64,000 nucleotides of DNA, taken from assembly GCA_045837725.1 (NCBI GenBank), contig JBEWZL010000175.1, positions 1 through 64,000 on the forward strand, read 5' to 3'. Shown in pieces: positions 1 through 11,086 of this stretch. The translations under genes and the position numbers were made by a program. The notes beneath the pieces were generated by a model, which saw only the letters and a program-made list of their open reading frames with translations, was not told the DNA's origin and did not search any database. The number at the start of each line of letters is the position of its first letter. Position 1 is the first letter of the stretch. Origin of the DNA: Vermamoeba vermiformis (Eukaryota).

Positions 1-1749
1 TGTTGCTCCTTGCATCAAAGTCAAAATTCTTACCAAGCTTGTGAACAGCAAGCAGTTGGGATGCCTCCTTGGAAAAAGCAGCCTTTTGTTCTTCTGAAGC
101 TGTTTCATAAGTCACGTTGGCAGCTTTGGCTAGCAAGTCGCACATTTGATCAATCAAAATAACCTTGTCCATTAGGTTAAGCTCCAGAAAGTTCTCTGTG
201 TCGTTTTTCTGCAAGTCCATGCCAACACAAAACAAATCCTGAATCAAAAGTTTAGATCAAGCAGATCAAAACTATTTCTACTTACTGGTTCATCCTTGGG
301 AACTAGCACTTTAACTTGAAATGCTTGCAGCAGCTCCCACAACATGAAGTAGTGCACTACAACAGCACGGTGCTGCCCTAAAAGTTCAAAGGTTAATCAA
401 CATAAAACAAGGTTGTGATCGCATACCAATGCAAACAGCATAGCTGATTTCCCCTGTTTGCTTGTGCTGAACAGGCACAATTGTTGGTGCTCCTTGGCTA
501 GTACTCCACGGAGTGCAGTTCACCATCAAATTTCGCACATGATCTAAGGACAGGGCACGGATGTTGAGACTGCATCCAGAAAGTTAGTTAATACAAACAA
601 ATTGAATTAGCAACTTACGCTCGTCCTTTTACAATACTATCAGCAGCAAAGATTGGCTTTGACATTGTGACTGTTGTTGCACCGTTTTGCAAGTCCTCCT
701 GACAAAATGCAACATTGAAGTGCGGCAACCTAAACAGATATTAATAATTAATTAAAGTTTTTCAATTTCACTTACTTGAAGCGATTAGGCCGGTTGCAAC
801 AAGGATTTGCACAGGGCTCTGTTGTTGGAGTAGTCAAAGTCGTCACAACAGAATAGTTCTCCATGTCCAGCTCAAAAGTCTGCAAAAAAAAAAAATGATT
901 ATCCGTGCATGGAATAAAATGACTATAGGTCGAGGCAGGACTCTAATGGCCGGCCATAAAAGAAAAATTAAAAAAAAAAACTGCCCACACCTGGATTCGA
1001 ACCTGCTCCAAGCACTGTAGCAGGCAGGACTCTATGGCTGGCCATAGAGGAAAAATAAAAAAAACTGCCCGCACCTGGATTCGAACCTGCTCCAGTGCTT
1101 TGGAAGGTGGGCCTCTATGGCCGGCCATAAAGAAAATAAAAAAAATTGCCTGCAGCTGGATTCGAACCTGCGCCTTTGAGGCAAATAGCAGAACTCTATG
1201 GCCGGCCATAAAGAAAATAAAAAAAAAACTGCCTGCACCTGGATTCGAACCTGCTCCAAGAACTGCAGCAGCAGGACTCTATGGCCGGCCATAAAGGAAA
1301 AATAAAAAAAACTGCCCGCAGCTGGATTCGAACCACAATGACAGGTTCGAGTCCCTCTGTGGCAATTGATTTTTTTTATTTTTGTTATGGCCGGCCATAA
1401 ATTTTGGTCTAAAAGTTGGTTCTCTGATCCGGACTTTTACGCAAGAAAGGCAAAAATTATAATTGATGGGCCATTTATCTTTATGATTAGATGTAAAATA
1501 AGTTAAAATTGCTGCATTTATTAAAAATAAATGTGCGTGATTTTTTCCGGACCAGATTTGATTTTAAAAAACCTTTTAATTTTATGCAGCAGGCAAAAAT
1601 ATCTTTAAAAAAACATTGCATAATATAATTAAGATATTTTAATATTATTTAAGCGCTTTGTTATAAAAATTACTTACATCCGTTGGTAAGTCCGGCAGCT
1701 TCTTTTGCACCAAAGTCTGTTGGTGTCGTGTTGCGGATTCTTCAGCCAT
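1..1749 (-). CDS. ParB/Sulfiredoxin-like domain protein, multi-exon, runs off the left edge
   Basis: Manual splicing gives a continuous frame: exon 1749-1678 (MAEESATRHQQ...), an ~800-nt intron, then exons starting at 879, 729, 569, 377 and ~238. The protein contains LNIRALSLDHVRNLM...PTIVPV...YAVCIGQHRAVV...DLQKNDTENFLELNLMDKV, resembling the ParB/Srx N-x-R, G-x-H-R and downstream N-helix motifs. Confidence 0.55.
933..1400 (-). repeat. Tandem array of ~82-bp units: TATGGCCGGCCATA palindrome, variable core, B-box (GGTTCGAATCC), T-tract
   Basis: Palindromes at ~946, 1033, 1116, 1197, 1280 and 1386. The five intervals each carry CTGGATTCGAACC and an A-rich tract on the + strand. The array lies in intron 1 of the ParB-like gene. 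Confidence 0.92.
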
Positions 1750-2009
1750 GATGTGAGAGTTGTGGTTGCGAGAGTAAACAAGCTTAAAAAAAGAAAGAAA
1801 TTTTTACCGTTACAAGTCGCGCAGATCAAAATTGAACAGCTGTAGAAACACAACAACACCTGCCTTTTACCCTAATTTTGGTAAGTAATATTAAATGTAA
1901 ATGTTTTTTATTGATTGCTGGTGTCAGTTCACCAGCAGTTCGTTGTACATGCTTAAATCCGATCCAAAAACTAATTTTTATTTTCAAAATTCAGGACTGA
2001 GCCAAAAAT

Positions 2010-3233
2010 ATGAACTTTGCTGACAAAATAATTATGCTCTATGCAGGTGAGTATTATTATATTTTTGTTCTGTCATCTGTCTCGGTGAATCCTGACATCT
2101 GGCATTTTTCAGGCAAACCTCCAGGATATAAACCAACCGAGGAGGAGAGTATGTACTTATCTTGTTATTGACACCTGTTTTACTAATTCTACCTCCTGTA
2201 GTAAAGAGGGTGAATGCGCTTGCCCGTGCCAAGTCCAAATCAAAGAAGCAGTCTGAAGGTAATACTGTTGAAATCTTATCGTTCTTAGTCATTCTAACTG
2301 TTAATAATAGAAACTTCTTCTGAGAGTGACCTCAGTGTAAACCGGTTTTCCCCACAAGGAGGTCCCACGAATGCTATTGATGTGGATGAGGTGCACGACA
2401 CAGCTTCTATTCCCAACCCTCCAGCCTCCCCTGCGCAATCCCCTCCCCTCATTTTTACTGCAAATGTCAATAGCTCCAAATTAATTGCGGAAATGCAGAA
2501 AAAATTCACCAACTTGGAAGTTATTGACTTGCAGTAAGTACAAATATTGTTAAATTGAATGTATGCTAATTGCTTGTTTTAGTGATCCAAATGGAATTTA
2601 CCACGTACTGCAGCCATACGCTATGCAAAGCATTGTGCAAATTCCTGTAAGTATTTCTTTTAGTTTTTTAATGCAATGCAATAGACACAAGGCTAACCAC
2701 ACAAATGACAGGTAATTAATTCTGCAAGGATTTCTGTTACTGTTCAAGGGCTTTATGAGTGCTTCAAGTTGTTTAAGCACAATCCAAACATCGACATGGT
2801 TATGTTGCAAAAACATCAAGAAAAGATCGTGCGCAAAGAGCCAGCAAAAGATTTACTTGGTTGGCAATTGGTAAGTAACTTTATTTTTACTTCAAATATA
2901 AGCTTATATTTAAATTACATGACTTTACAGGGGGAAAAAAGCACAACCTTAGTTTCTGCCGAGATTGCGCACCATCTGTTCCACATTTTGCCATACTTAT
3001 GGGTGATGGAGAAATCAAAGCCAATTTGCTTGAAGTTTCTTCGTGATTTTCTTAAGGATGGAAAAAGGCTCCTGCTACTTGACTCTGCCAACAATTTTGA
3101 TATCAACGACTATTCCTCCCCTGTTTCCGTTGCGACTCTTGTTAAATTAATTCTTGAAGATCAGGCACAAGCAATAATAGAGGATATCAAGAACACATAT
3201 GACAATGTAGATCTGAGCATGTATTCTCTGTAA
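2010..3233 (+). CDS. Hypothetical multi-exon protein, divergent from the ParB-like gene
   Basis: About seven exons with canonical splice sites (MNFADKIIMLYA...; last exon GEKSTTLVSAEI...SMYSL*), followed by AATAAA. No recognisable domain. Confidence 0.6.
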
Positions 3234-3460
3234 ATAAATGAAGTTCATGCAAATTTCTTTTTGTTGGATCAGGCCTTTTTGGAACCTGTGGCAGTGCACA
3301 GGATAGAATAGAATATGATACAATAGAATATACATGAAGGGATAGCAATATTTGGCATTAACATGGTGAGAGTTTGAGAATTTGGAAGAGGCGGGATCTG
3401 CTCAGCAGAAATGTTAAGTTCAAGTTGCAAGAAGACAACCAAACAGCAAATTTCGAATAT

Positions 3461-3749
3461 TATGGCTGGTCATAAAGATAGACATTATGCCATGATAAAC
3501 TTGCAATTGAACCCAGGACTTTGGCAGGAGTCAATTTATGGCTGGCCATAAAGTAAAAATAAGATATTTGCCCACACCTGGAATTGAACCTGCGCCAATG
3601 TTGCAGCAACTCTATGGCCGGCCATAGAGGGAAAATAAAAAACTGCCCACACTTGGATTTGAACCTGCGCCTGGATTCAAACCACGATGACAGGTTCGAG
3701 TCCCACTGTGGCCATAGATTTTTTTTATTTCTGTTATGGCTGGCCATAG
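3461..3749 (-). repeat. Second, more diverged copy of the palindrome/B-box array
   Basis: TATGGCYGG(C/T)CATA at ~3461, 3537, 3614 and 3736. It has the same terminal cassette (GGATTCRAACCACRATGACAGGTTCGAGTCCC) and the same orientation as 933-1400. Confidence 0.88.
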
Positions 3750-4050
3750 ACAAACAACGAAATTGCCCACACCATGCTTCTCAGGCCTAATTTGTCACCA
3801 CACCATTTACAAGCTTCATTTTAATGCAGCTTTTATTAGATGAAAATCAAACCAACTACACTAAGGCAATATTAAACACTTTGCCTGCAATGCAGTCAAT
3901 GCATCACTTGCGTAAGCCACAAAGCCATCTGCAAAAATCCATCAGCCCAATCACAGTATGTAAGTACTGTCAGAGCTCGCTTTGACACGGAATTCAAATT
4001 GGTCACTCCAGAACTACCCCAGTGCATCTGTGCCATGGTTGCAAAGTTAA

Positions 4051-4254
4051 CCCCCTTGTTGACCAAGTTTGACCAGACCCCGTCCGCGCCACGGGGACGC
4101 CCCCTTGTTGACCAAGTTTGACCAGACCCCCGTCCGTGCCACGGGGACGCCTCCTTGTTGACCAAGTTTGACCAGACCCCCGTCCGCACCATGGGGACGC
4201 CTCCTTGTTGACCAAGTTTGACCAGACCCCGTCCGCGCCGCGGGGACGCCCCTG
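4051..4254. repeat. Four ~49-50-bp tandem repeats with a CCCCGT/ACGGGG hairpin, ending in CCCCTG
   Basis: Unit CCYCCTTGTTGACCAAGTTTGACCAGACCCCGTCCGYRCCRYGGGGACG occurs four times, then the sequence switches abruptly to AT-rich DNA. Confidence 0.95.
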
Positions 4255-4502
4255 TAAAAAAAGTTAAAAAGTTAAACCCTAAAGTGGAAGTTAGCCCTAC
4301 ATAGTATACTAATTAACTTACATAACCTCCGCTAGCGTATTTTCTTGGATTCGAATCCGCTCAAGTTGCGGATCGTTCGTATTAAATTCGATTTGGAGGA
4401 TTTAGCTCGCGATCTAACTTAATGAGGAGCTTCACTTCGCTTTGATCTGACCATAGTACGTATAATGAGTAAATTAAACAACAATAATATTTAGAGGAAG
4501 CG

Positions 4503-5732
4503 CTTACCTTGATATCAAGCAATTAATCGCGCTGACTTTCAGGGATCAACGCGGGCCCTGAGGATAAAAAAATTCCTCCTTGAAAATACTCACAGAAGAG
4601 TTAGTAAAAGTATTATAATGACTAATAGCCTAAATAAACTTACCTTAATGCTTCCAACTTTGTTTTTGTGTCACCAATCCGGGTAAGTTGCGGATCCGCT
4701 TTCTACGTAACGTCACCGAATTCAGTGACTCTGATTTAAAATATTATATTAGCATATACGATTGATTGGGTTATGCTACTTACGGGTCTGTAATTTGTCA
4801 TGAATCAAAAAAAAATGCTCGCGTCAGATCGCGCCTCCAACGATCGTAAAAATAGCCAACGTGCTCTTACCTGAAGTAAAAACAATATCGATAAGTATGA
4901 TATGTTATTTAACGCGTTCTACTTACTTGTAGCACGATCAATGTCGGAAATTCGTGCACCAGATCGCGTTCCCGAATCCACGCAATTTTGGAATCAACTA
5001 ATTGCTCTGTATAATAAACGATATTAGTACCTTTATATACCAATATAACAATTATTTAACTTACTTGTAGCGCGATCAATGCGCTACGTGAAAATTTATC
5101 TTGAGTTGTGGTGCTCGATCTGCGTCTGTTCTCGTAAATAACCCTTCACTCATTTCTAATTTGCCAACTAAACAATAAAATGATATTAAAATAATTGTTA
5201 CATATGTTTTATAATGCAATTTACTTACTCTTAAGCGTTCGTGGTCGCGCCAAGCAAAATTTATCAGATCGAGCCCGTACTTCTTGATCAACTTCATCGG
5301 GCTCGAACGTTCGTGGGAGCATTCCTACTAATACAGCGCGTTAGTACTTGGCTTTTTAATTATTAATATAAACTTACCATCGATGTCTTATTCTTTAAAT
5401 GGAAATTGTTGACGCGCCCAAAGTCGAGGATCTGGAACGTTCCCGAGTCAATTAGACTATTCCTGTATTATAAAACGTTAGTACTACTATAATACTATCG
5501 ATTTATACCATTAATATTTCTAACTTACCCCTAGATGTAAATTTTTATCGCGTGAAGATCGCGATCTAGATCCGTTCTCATGTTCACTCAAGGCCTAATA
5601 AATAGAGTTAGATTGTAGAATTTTAGATATTTAACTATCCAAATGCACTTACCGGTCAAGAAAACTTTGGCATGTCACGGATCGAGTTTTCGATCGGCTC
5701 AGCGGTCTGGGTCCGTGCCTTCTTCATAAAAC
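4503..5732 (-). other. Array of ~9 short exon-like units with canonical splice signals and no continuous ORF (lncRNA or pseudogene)
   Basis: Minus-strand GTAAG donors near 5652, 5528, 5377, 5228, 5064, 4926, 4783, 4643 and 4507, with branch-point/AG acceptors between them. The exons checked do not join in frame or contain stops. Confidence 0.55.
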
Positions 5733-7140
5733 CTGCAAAATTACGATTAATAAAATATATAAACGATAATGTAAATAACTATTTAACTTTGGTTCGAGCG
5801 GAAAGCTCGATCCGAATATCAATTAATTTTTTTTAACCTTGAATTTAAATTTCAAAAAGACGCGTTCATCGCGTCATATTCGTTATTTTTATTAAAATAA
5901 AATAGCTTACTAATTATTTCGATGTGGCCAACGAGTCATCTGATCGCGGACAAATTGCTGACTCGTTTGTTGCGCACCAAGGACGCTGAAAGTCGTTTGA
6001 ATCTAAGTTCGCATCTAATTATAATCCACATAACTCGCGCTGAACGGCCGTTGCTACCGTGGCGCGCCACTGTGTGCTGTTTTCCTCGATAATTAACAAA
6101 TTTTACGACCCTTGTGGTCGATATGTTGCATTGCTGATGCGAAATAACACGGGGTCGACCGTTTTCACATCAGCTCTCGATCTAAATAACTCGCGCTGGA
6201 ACGGCTCTGATGCCGCGGCGGGTTGCTTTCAGCTGCAATAAATAATAAATCGACGCTTGTGGTCGATCTGTCAAAGTTTTTTGCGTAATTCAATAGCAAC
6301 GGACACTTCCTTATTTAGTCCTGCCAAAAACCGACCTCGCGTGAAAACCGACGTGCGTCGAACAGCACGTGCCGCCAAAAAATGTTTGTGCTGGGATAAA
6401 TCCTGGCACTGCCGACAAATTTACACACACGAAACTTGCGGAATAAACACCCACCAACACCACGATCACCACAATGGTCGTGTAATTAATTTTATTTTTT
6501 AATTTTCTTGCACTTATCGTTGCGTTGTTGAACGCAACAGCAACAGTGGCTGTAACTAGGTTACTGGTTGTGCCGATCGGCTGCCAGTTGCCAATATGTG
6601 CTCGTACAGTGCGTAGTGCACTGAGGTGAGTTTTTCCAGCCTCAATTAAATAATTACGGGAGAATTAATTTAATATTTAGTTTTTTCATCCGGTTGGTCG
6701 TAGGTCACTCGCAATGTTCTTCGAGCTCACTGTGGAGCTTCTGCAACCAAACTACAAATGTCATGCTTTTAGGTTGGTAGCTCACGAGTGTGCAGAATTC
6801 GTTAAGCAAAATAATTTTAAATCCGTGTGTTCAGATGCACAGCATCTAACATTCACTGTTCGTGTAGGGCTGACCCCACCAAGTACATACATATTGCATG
6901 GTAAAAGACTTGGAGTATTGGTACTGCTTGCAACTGAGCCTCCAGCACTCGGTAAGTCAGTTCGAATTAGTTTTTTTCACATCTCTAACGAATCTCCTAG
7001 TGCACGTTCAAGCAGAAGTTCTCCCGGTACAACGAATTCTTACGCGTGGATACTTAATTTACGAATATTTATGAACATGGTACAAGCTGCTGTTGGCACA
7101 TTACAACCCAGGGTAAGTTAGTTTTTTCAGCAACAAATTT

Positions 7141-7380
7141 TGGACATTGTTTTTTTCGACATCGTCTCCCACTGGAGACGACCTCTGTTGGACTTAGTTT
7201 TTTTTCGACATCGTCTCCCGCTGGAGACGACCTCTGTCGGACTTAGTTTTTTTTGGACATCGTCTCCCGCTGGAGACGACCTTGAAAGGTTTAAATTTAT
7301 TTTTGTTCGTGACCAGCGCGGTCACGGGCTTTGGACATTGTTTTTTTTTACATCGTCTCCCAATGGAGACAACCTTGAAC
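7141..7380. repeat. Tandem ~50-bp repeats with an 8-bp hairpin TCGTCTCC-N4-GGAGACGA and a T-tract
   Basis: Three adjacent copies from 7141 and a fourth diverged copy at ~7332. Confidence 0.92.
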
Positions 7381-7550
7381 TACTTTAATTTAGTTAACCA
7401 GTGTGGTCATGAAGTTTTTGACTTGCCAGTTGTGTTTTATTCTAACTTTTTACATTCAGGTTTTTAATTATTGTATTGTAAAATAAAAACTCTTTCAATA
7501 TTTAATGTCTCTGGTGGTGTTTAATTAGTCTAGTTAGCTCCTGGCAACTC

Positions 7551-7680
7551 TCAATAGTGCTCAGTGGCTATCGTCAGCGCTCGACGACTCCCGTCAGTGC
7601 TCGACGACTCTCGTCAGTGCTCGATGACTCTCGTCAGTGCTCGACGACTCTCTTCAGTGCTCAGCGACTCTTGTCAGCTC
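7551..7680. repeat. 20-bp minisatellite (TCGTCAGTGCTCGACGACTC), about 6 copies
   Basis: 20-nt periodicity is directly visible. Confidence 0.92.
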
Positions 7681-7816
7681 ACAAGCTACTTAGAAACGTG
7701 TATTGCTTCCATTTGGTCAAAAATTCCAAGTGATCCAACAATATACTCCAAATTCTGTTGCTTGTGAATAGTTTCGAGGGCTAGCCCTGTTTGGCCAAGC
7801 CCTGTAGTATATATGA

Positions 7817-7922
7817 ATGACCTCTCACGTTGTCGCCTTGAAGGTAACGACCTCTCATGTCATCGCCTTGAAGGTCACGACCTCCAATGTTGTTGCCTTG
7901 GAGGCGATGACCTCTGGTGTTG
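7817..7922. repeat. 30-bp minisatellite, about 3.5 copies
   Basis: Units of the form AYGACCTCTCAYGTYRTCGCCTTGAAGGT. Confidence 0.85.
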
Positions 7923-7959
7923 TACAGAGGATATTTCATGCGTTGGCCATTCGACTTAG

Positions 7960-8661
7960 TATTTTTTCCATAACCCAAACATCCGTCAACCCCAAGTATA
8001 TATAAAATAACTTTTGACCTTTTCGTGTAGGAAGAAATATCAGCAAATGCTCTACGAGATGCCTTCGTTGACAACCTTGATTGGGTGGCAGCACATTACA
8101 TGCCCTGGCTTAACAACGCACGAAAGAATATGACACAAAAAGAACTCAAGTACTGCAAGGCGCAAGTAAGCTTATTCTTTAACAAATCACCTTAATTAAC
8201 TAATCTTTATTGCAGGCCTCTCATTATTGGCATAATGAGCGCAACAAAATTAATGCGCACATTTTGTCGCTGCTTGGCAATTCACGCGCATCTGAGCACT
8301 TGGCAGAGATTGTCAATGATCACCAATACCTTACAACTGACGAATCAGGTAAGCAATGGCTCCTTCAAGAATGTCGTGTCATAATGGACCCCAAGTGCAC
8401 TGTGCACAACAAGTTGACGCCTTCGACTGCACTGACAAAGCACGTGATGGACAAGATAATTGCCGTTGCAGGTAAACAATTAATACCTAATTAAAAACAA
8501 TAGTACTAACACAGTGTATAGGAAAGTCCGTGGCTAAGGCAGAGAAGGCCTTGGCTCAATTTGCAAAGCGAGCGACATCTGCGATCGCGGAAAAGCACGG
8601 TTTTGGTGAGCACTCTGAAAAACCAGCAAAAAAGATGGGCAAGAAAAGAAGTATTAGATAA
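7960..8661 (+). CDS. Hypothetical protein, 3' exons only; 5' exons may lie at ~6470-7112, upstream of the repeat block
   Basis: In-frame spliced exons EEISANALRDAF..., ASHYWHNERNK..., KSVAKAEK...KKRSIR*, with a basic C-terminus. Convergent with the transposase. Confidence 0.5.
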
Positions 8662-8685
8662 AAAATAAAAATTGTTGATTTTACT

Positions 8686-11086
8686 TCAGTCAAACAAACT
8701 ATCATTGAGCTGAGTTGCATAGTTTTGAATGGTTCTAGGGCGATGTGACCGACCATATTCTGTTGTTGGAATGTTTTGAAACTGTTTTGCAGTCCAACCT
8801 TTTGTTGGTGTTGGTTGTGTTACAACAGGGGCATCATAGTCATCAGAGTCTTCTTCGCTGCTGGGTTCGTTTCCAACACCTACCACAGAAGGCAGAGTTG
8901 CCTTGGACAAAACTGAAACAGTTGTTGTGGAGTTCCAACTGATTTGTTTTTGTTTGGGTAAAAACATCATTGGACTTCCGACTATTCGAGCTGGTGATTG
9001 GTCCACGGTTGGACCACATCGTGTTCGTTACCCTCATGTGCTTACCAATAATGCTGTTCCGCTTCTGTTAACTTGTCATAGGTTCTTCTTGTGGCAGCTA
9101 TGATCTTCTCGTCAATTTTGTGCGGTTTAATCATGTTAGGCACTCCTGGGGGTATTGCCATTAGAATTGTAATAGGCTCGCCGTCGGCATCTCCCTTCCA
9201 CTGTTCATCTTCAATAATAGGTTAACTTTAATACAAATATTCATATTAGTCTACAAACCTGTGGAGGTGAAGTCTCGCCATTTCATTACAACATGGCCAT
9301 GCTCGTTCAATGTCAGCCAGAACACGTGCGGTTTGGTGTGGCCTGCAAGTTTTGGCAAGTATGGCGACAACCAGGATCTTAAGTCCCATATTGTCTTTAC
9401 ATAGTGAATTGCTGGTGATTCGCTGTAAGTTGAGTCAACGTAGGCTTGCACATCTTGCATAGAAGCTGTTTTCAAGTTGTGTGATTTCAATCCAGTTGCA
9501 AACGGTACGTTTTGCTGGTCAATGTCAGTGTGGGTGTGCCCTTGCAGGAGGCAGATGAAGAAGATATCCTTGGTGAGTTTTTTCAGCAGAATGACTGCAA
9601 AAAACCCAAGAACAAATATATTCTTGTTTTCACGCCAGCAGTTATCAGATTGAAAAACCAGCTTTGCAGGAATTGTATGTCCATCAGTTACTTGGCCAAA
9701 GAGATGCATTGCTAATAGGTTCATGCTATAGTTGCTATCGTGATCAAATTGCTGTGCAATTGAAATGTATAATTGTTTGACACCCAAGTTATGGTTGATG
9801 ACTCCTGAAACTTGCAGGCGCAGACGTGGGAGACGAAGCCAACTCTTTGGAAAGTTACACCATGCAATATGGGGTAACAAAACACCAGAATATCCATCCC
9901 ATATGGTTTGCCACAGAATTGTACAGTCAATAGCTTTTCGAGAGTCATACGTCAATCGCTCAAGCTTTTGAAGTGTGTTATGGTCCTTCAACTTTTGCTT
10001 AATCTGCTGAACCCGAATCACTGTTTGCTTGTTTGCTTGATTCAGCTGACTAATTTACTTGTTAGCATTTCGCAGAAAAGTTTGAAGCACTTACATTTTA
10101 AGTTCTATGCACTCGTCACATTTGCCCAATCTGGTGTTCTTTGGGAATTTGATCCACGTGTATTGTCGCATTGTCTTATAGAACAGTTTTTTGGAAGGAG
10201 GCTCTTGTGGCTCCTGTGCAACCAAGTCATCATATAGAAGTGTCTTGCTTAGAACAATAGGGCAGTGCCACTCGTTAGAGTCTGGTTGCTCATCAAAGAA
10301 GATGTTCACTAGACCAAGGAGAAATCGATGAACCTTGTCTGTTTGAGGAGTTTGATAAGTGCGCAAGCTGTTTCCATGAGGATGAACAACGACATCATTG
10401 ACCTTGAGGGACCGTAGAGCTGTTGTTATTTTCGTGCTGCTAATTCCAAGAGCCTTGGTAAAAGCAGTTCTACAGACCACACGTCCTTCTAACTTGTAAA
10501 CGATCTTGACTGATTCTTGTGTGCATATCGATGATGCCCGCAATACATCTAAAAGCCATTGTGATCTGTGTAAGCATTAATAATTGCCGCAGTGACTACA
10601 CTGTCGTACCTGTCATGCTCGTTTTTAGCTATAAAGGGAAGTCGAATACGCTTTAACTCTGCCTTAGAGAATGAACGCAAACATTGCTGATTACAGCACT
10701 GTTCATGCGACAGATTATCAATTTGTGACCCGCGAATTAATTTGACAGGAGGATGTCGTTGCTTGACGTTTCGATTTGGTGAATTATACTGTCTCTTATA
10801 TACAGGTTGATATACTGATGCTAAATTGTCATTCCAGTCTATTTGAATCGTAAGTAAAGCACTGCATACAGCGCGTAAAACGCTTACCGTCGAAAACAGC
10901 CGCCAAATCAACATCATCCAGTTCATGCATATTGATATCAACAGTAGTATTGTCAGAAAATACATCTTCCAAATTGGTATTCTCCCACCAATTGTCTGAC
11001 AAAGAAGCGAAAATTAACAATTCGAAAAAATTAATTAATTATTAATTTGATATTGGACTTTACACACCTAAGCCAGCACTGCTCAT
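8686..11086 (-). CDS. Sola/DUF7869-type DDD transposase, spliced
   Basis: Motifs CCNQQC, VCRTAFTKALGIS, KCDEC, WDG, FQSDNCWRENKN and GHTHTDIDQ. The three ORF blocks join in frame through canonical short introns. The C-terminal ~150 codons are uncertain. Confidence 0.82.

Noticed and set aside
943-1294. Short repetitive ORFs (MAGHR..., LWPAI...), and similar ones at 3460-3790, 3896-4215 and 7140-7767
   Set aside because: They are translations of tandem DNA repeats on both strands, with no sign of coding constraint.
933-1400. CRISPR array
   Set aside because: Eukaryotic context, no cas genes, long degenerate repeats with A-tracts, and cores partly related to each other. Reported instead as a B-box/palindrome array.
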